Positions 60,869 through 64,000 of a stretch of 64,000 bases of DNA are shown here, piece by piece. Each line of letters begins with the position of its first letter. Within the stretch, counting starts at the first letter, position 1. The notes under the pieces are model-generated. The model was not told the origin of the DNA. It saw only the letters and a list, made by a program, of their open reading frames with translations, and ran no database searches. The position numbers and the translations under genes are program-made. The stretch is from Bacteroidia bacterium. Lineage in GTDB: Bacteria; Bacteroidota; Bacteroidia; NS11-12g; UBA955. The stretch spans positions 2,933-66,932 of the forward strand of contig JBIKPR010000005.1 in the NCBI GenBank assembly GCA_044357345.1, given 5' to 3'.

Positions 60869-61126
60869 TGGATAAGATTCTTGTATAAAGGGACTTTTTG
60901 TTGGTTAAAATCTATTTGCACCAACCTACTCAACTAAAATTAAAATTCAGATTAGTCTCTGGGATTTTAATTTGTATTCTAGTTAATGGCCAAGGAGATT
61001 TAATATTTGAATTATGTTAATATTGTTATAATTATTCAATAGAATAATTATGTTTATACATTGATTGGTTTTGATCGAAATTTTTGACAACTTCCATTTT
61101 AGCTTTAGAAACTAAAAAGGAATGCT

Positions 61127-62305
61127 TTATCTCGAATATTTATGTTTAGAATAAAACGGAATGATTAAACCAAGAGGCAATGCGGCTAGAACTGAAGAAA
61201 GAAGAAAGGCGTTGAAAAAATTGTCTGCAATGTTATTGTATATTAGACCAGCGCATGCTGAACCTAAAATGATCCCTAACTCTAAAAATATAAACAAGGT
61301 TCCAAATGCTTTACCTTTTAAGTTTGGCAATGCTAGATCTGCCGCCCAAGCAAACAGTGATGGAGATATGAGTCCAAATCCAATTCCAAAAAACACAGAA
61401 GAAATAATATAGGCCTCGAATTTAAATGAAAGTGCTAAAGTAAGCATGCTGATGCTAAGAAATACAGAACCAATAATTGAAATGATTCGTCGACCAAAAC
61501 GGTCGCTCCACCTCCCTGCCATAAACCTTATAAAGACAGAAGATATAATGTAAATGGCCATATAGGTGCCTTTATTTTCAACCCCTATAAAATTTGAATA
61601 ATCTGCGATTAGTGCCAAAACTGCTCCAGATGAAAATGCAGTTAACAACAGAACAATTGATGGAATAAGAACACGTGGTTCTAATAATTCTGATCGTTTA
61701 ATTTTGAAAATTTTCCAGGAGATTTTTGTTGGATTTTTAATGGTCTCTTCTAAGGTTAAAAATATAAGCAATGAGGTTAAACCTAGGATTGAAGCAACTA
61801 TGAACATGGTATCCAAACCAAATTCAGCAGTACATTTGCTACCAATAACCCACCCGATTGCATTTCCAATATTATTGCATATACCAACAATTCCCATTGC
61901 TTCACCCCTTTTTTCAAAAGGTACAATGTCGTCTGCATAGGCCGTAAAGCCAGTTGGTGTAAATCCTGCACAAATACCATGAAATGCTCTATTGGCAAAA
62001 AACAATAAAGCTATGGGTATAAACAAATAAAAGAAACAAGCTAAAGTAGTTATAATGGCACCGATGCACATAACAAAGACGCGGCCCACTGAATCAGAAA
62101 ATTTGCCACTAAATGGGCGAGAAATTAACGCAATTAATGCAAATGAAGGAATAATCAACCATTTGTAATTATTGCCACCAATTTGATCTAATAAAATTGG
62201 CAAATCTGGAAGAACCATTGTAAAGCTGCTAAAGAAAAACAAGCAAGCGGTACAAAGTTTCCAAAACTTTAATGGGTAGACAGCTCTATGCGACAAAAAA
62301 ATCAA
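61127..62305 (-). CDS. MFS transporter
   Basis: 12-TM pattern and MFS motif A ([13 protein letters not shown]). The TTG start overlaps the lepA stop (TTGA). The first in-frame ATG would delete TM1, so a non-ATG start is likely. Confidence 0.8.
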   Translation of the reverse strand: MIFLSHRAVYPLKFWKLCTACLFFFSSFTMVLPDLPILLDQIGGNNYKWLIIPSFALIALISRPFSGKFSDSVGRVFVMCIGAIITTLACFFYLFIPIALLFFANRAFHGICAGFTPTGFTAYADDIVPFEKRGEAMGIVGICNNIGNAIGWVIGSKCTAEFGLDTMFIVASILGLTSLLIFLTLEETIKNPTKISWKIFKIKRSELLEPRVLIPSIVLLLTAFSSGAVLALIADYSNFIGVENKGTYMAIYIISSVFIRFMAGRWSDRFGRRIISIIGSVFLSISMLTLALSFKFEAYIISSVFFGIGFGLISPSLFAWAADLALPNLKGKAFGTLFIFLELGIILGSACAGLIYNNIADNFFNAFLLSSVLAALPLGLIIPFYSKHKYSR

Positions 62306-64000
62306 TCATCAAGTTTCAAAACCGCCATGAATGCAGATTGAGGAATTTCAACGTTACCCACTTGCCTCATGCGTTTTTTACCTTCCTTCTGCTTTTCTAA
62401 TAATTTTCTTTTTCTGCTGATATCACCACCGTAACATTTGGCTGTTACATCTTTTCTCAATGCACTCAACGATTCTCTTGCAATAATTTTCGCTCCAATA
62501 GAAGCTTGTATTGCTATTTCAAATTGCTGTCTTGGAATAAGTTCTCTTAGTTTTTTACAAATTTTCTTTCCTAAATCGTATGCTCTGTCGCGGTGAATTA
62601 TAGATGAAAGTGCATCAATTATATCTTTATTCAGCATAATATCCATTTTAACCAAATGGGATAATTTGTATTCAGTAGGGTGATAATCGAAAGAAGCATA
62701 TCCTCTACTAATTGATTTTAATTTATCGTAAAAATCAAATACAACTTCTGCTAAAGGCATTTCAAAACTTAGTTCTACCCTGTTGGTTGTCAAATAAACT
62801 TGATTTTTAATAAGGCCTCTTTTATCCATACACAAGGCAATTACCGGTCCGACAAAATCGGTTGATGTGATAATTGATGCGTGTATGTATGGTTCCTCAA
62901 CATATTCAATAAAATTAGGGTCAGGTAAATCACTTGGATTGTTTACTTCCACCATCTCCCCTTTTTTTGTATAGGCTTTATAAGAAACGTTCGGAACAGT
63001 GGTGATAACGGTCATGCCAAATTCACGCTCCAAACGTTCTTGAATAATTTCCATATGGAGCATTCCGAGGAAACCACAACGGAAACCAAAACCTAAGGCC
63101 GCTGAACTTTCTGGCTCAAAAACTAAGGAGGCATCGTTTAGCTGAAGTTTGAACATACTCTCTCTTAGCTCCTCATAATCTTCAGTATCAACAGGATAAA
63201 TCCCTGCGAAAACCATAGGTTTCACATCTTCAAATCCTTTAATGGCTTCTTTTGTAGGATTTAATTTACTTGTTATTGTGTCACCTACCTTTACCTCTTT
63301 TGCTTGTTTGATGCCAGTAATAATATATCCAACATCACCTGCTAATACCTGTTGGCGAGGTTCTGGCACCAATTTCAAAGCTCCAACTTCATCGGCGTTG
63401 TATTCATTTTCAGTATTCATGAATTTAACCATTTCACCTTTGCTTATTGAACCATCAATTACCTTGTAATAGGCAATAATTCCCCTAAATGAATTAAATA
63501 CAGAATCAAAAATCAAAGCTTTTAAAGGCGCATTTATATTACCTTTAGGAAAAGGCACTCGTGAAACTATTGCTTTAAGAATATCGTGAACACCCATTCC
63601 AGTTTTACCACTGGCGGCAATTATACTTTCTCGATCGCATCCTATTAAATCTACAATTTGGTCTTTTACCTCTTCTGGCATAGCGCCTGGCAAATCCATT
63701 TTATTCAAAATTGGAATAATTTCAAGATCATGCTCAATGGCAAGATATAGGTTACTGATTGTTTGGGCTTGAATACCTTGAGAGGCATCAACAATTAATA
63801 ATGCACCCTCACATGCGGCTATACTTCTACTTACTTCATAACTAAAATCTACGTGGCCAGGTGTATCGATTAAATTTAACACATAGTTTTTGCCATCCAA
63901 TGTGTAATTCATTTGGATTGCATGGCTTTTAATGGTAATTCCCCTTTCACGTTCAAGGTCCATGTTATCTAAAACTTGAGCCATCATTTCTCTTTTAGAG
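62302..64000 (-). CDS. lepA: translation elongation factor 4 (LepA), N-terminus cut by the window end
   Basis: [12 protein letters not shown], the LepA-specific C-terminal domain (...[26 protein letters not shown]). The frame stays open to the window edge and the G1 motif is missing. Confidence 0.95.
   Translation of the reverse strand, partial: SKREMMAQVLDNMDLERERGITIKSHAIQMNYTLDGKNYVLNLIDTPGHVDFSYEVSRSIAACEGALLIVDASQGIQAQTISNLYLAIEHDLEIIPILNKMDLPGAMPEEVKDQIVDLIGCDRESIIAASGKTGMGVHDILKAIVSRVPFPKGNINAPLKALIFDSVFNSFRGIIAYYKVIDGSISKGEMVKFMNTENEYNADEVGALKLVPEPRQQVLAGDVGYIITGIKQAKEVKVGDTITSKLNPTKEAIKGFEDVKPMVFAGIYPVDTEDYEELRESMFKLQLNDASLVFEPESSAALGFGFRCGFLGMLHMEIIQERLEREFGMTVITTVPNVSYKAYTKKGEMVEVNNPSDLPDPNFIEYVEEPYIHASIITSTDFVGPVIALCMDKRGLIKNQVYLTTNRVELSFEMPLAEVVFDFYDKLKSISRGYASFDYHPTEYKLSHLVKMDIMLNKDIIDALSSIIHRDRAYDLGKKICKKLRELIPRQQFEIAIQASIGAKIIARESLSALRKDVTAKCYGGDISRKRKLLEKQKEGKKRMRQVGNVEIPQSAFMAVLKLDD

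Noticed and set aside
60587-61126. AT-rich ORF-free region considered as a mobile-element insertion scar or integration hotspot.
   Set aside because: I saw no flanking direct repeats, tRNA gene, integrase/transposase remnant or terminal inverted repeats. Only the partial internal duplication of the XRE leader is present.

Overview
Low-GC, densely coding chromosomal segment of a Bacteroidota-type genome (Flavobacteriia/Cytophagia-like). Supporting this placement are the gliding-motility genes gldA/gldF/gldG and a gldB-like gene, four large proteins with T9SS C-terminal sorting domains, TAnnTTTG-type promoter boxes, and very few Shine-Dalgarno sequences. About 50 genes are mostly housekeeping: queE (fragment), nnr, prfC, etfBA, nadE, dnaX, rpsP-rimM-trmD, tsaC/sua5, gyrA, lepA (fragment), an aminotransferase, Leu/Val dehydrogenase, and M16 and M42 peptidases. 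I saw no rRNA, tRNA, CRISPR array, transposase/integrase or recognisable defence or toxin system, so this looks like core genome rather than an accessory island. Several starts are non-ATG but supported by conserved N-termini or signal peptides (TTG 3203, GTG 8455, GTG 33429, TTG 62305). Four things deserve a second look. (1) dnaX is split at an A10 tract: the -1 frame runs without a stop from the tract into the downstream tau-like ORF, so this is either a recoding site with inverted polarity or a homopolymer sequencing error. (2) Four 14-bp palindromes TTTACAnnTGTAAA sit at exactly 22-bp phasing upstream of a small XRE repressor gene. A fifth perfect copy lies inside a neighbouring CDS, and a degenerate duplicate lies in a 540-bp ORF-free region. 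(3) A DUF3127 protein has an SSB-like disordered linker and a DDLPF acidic tip. (4) Ribosomal protein S16 has a tandem-repeat C-terminal extension. All product calls rest on motif recognition by eye; no database search was run.
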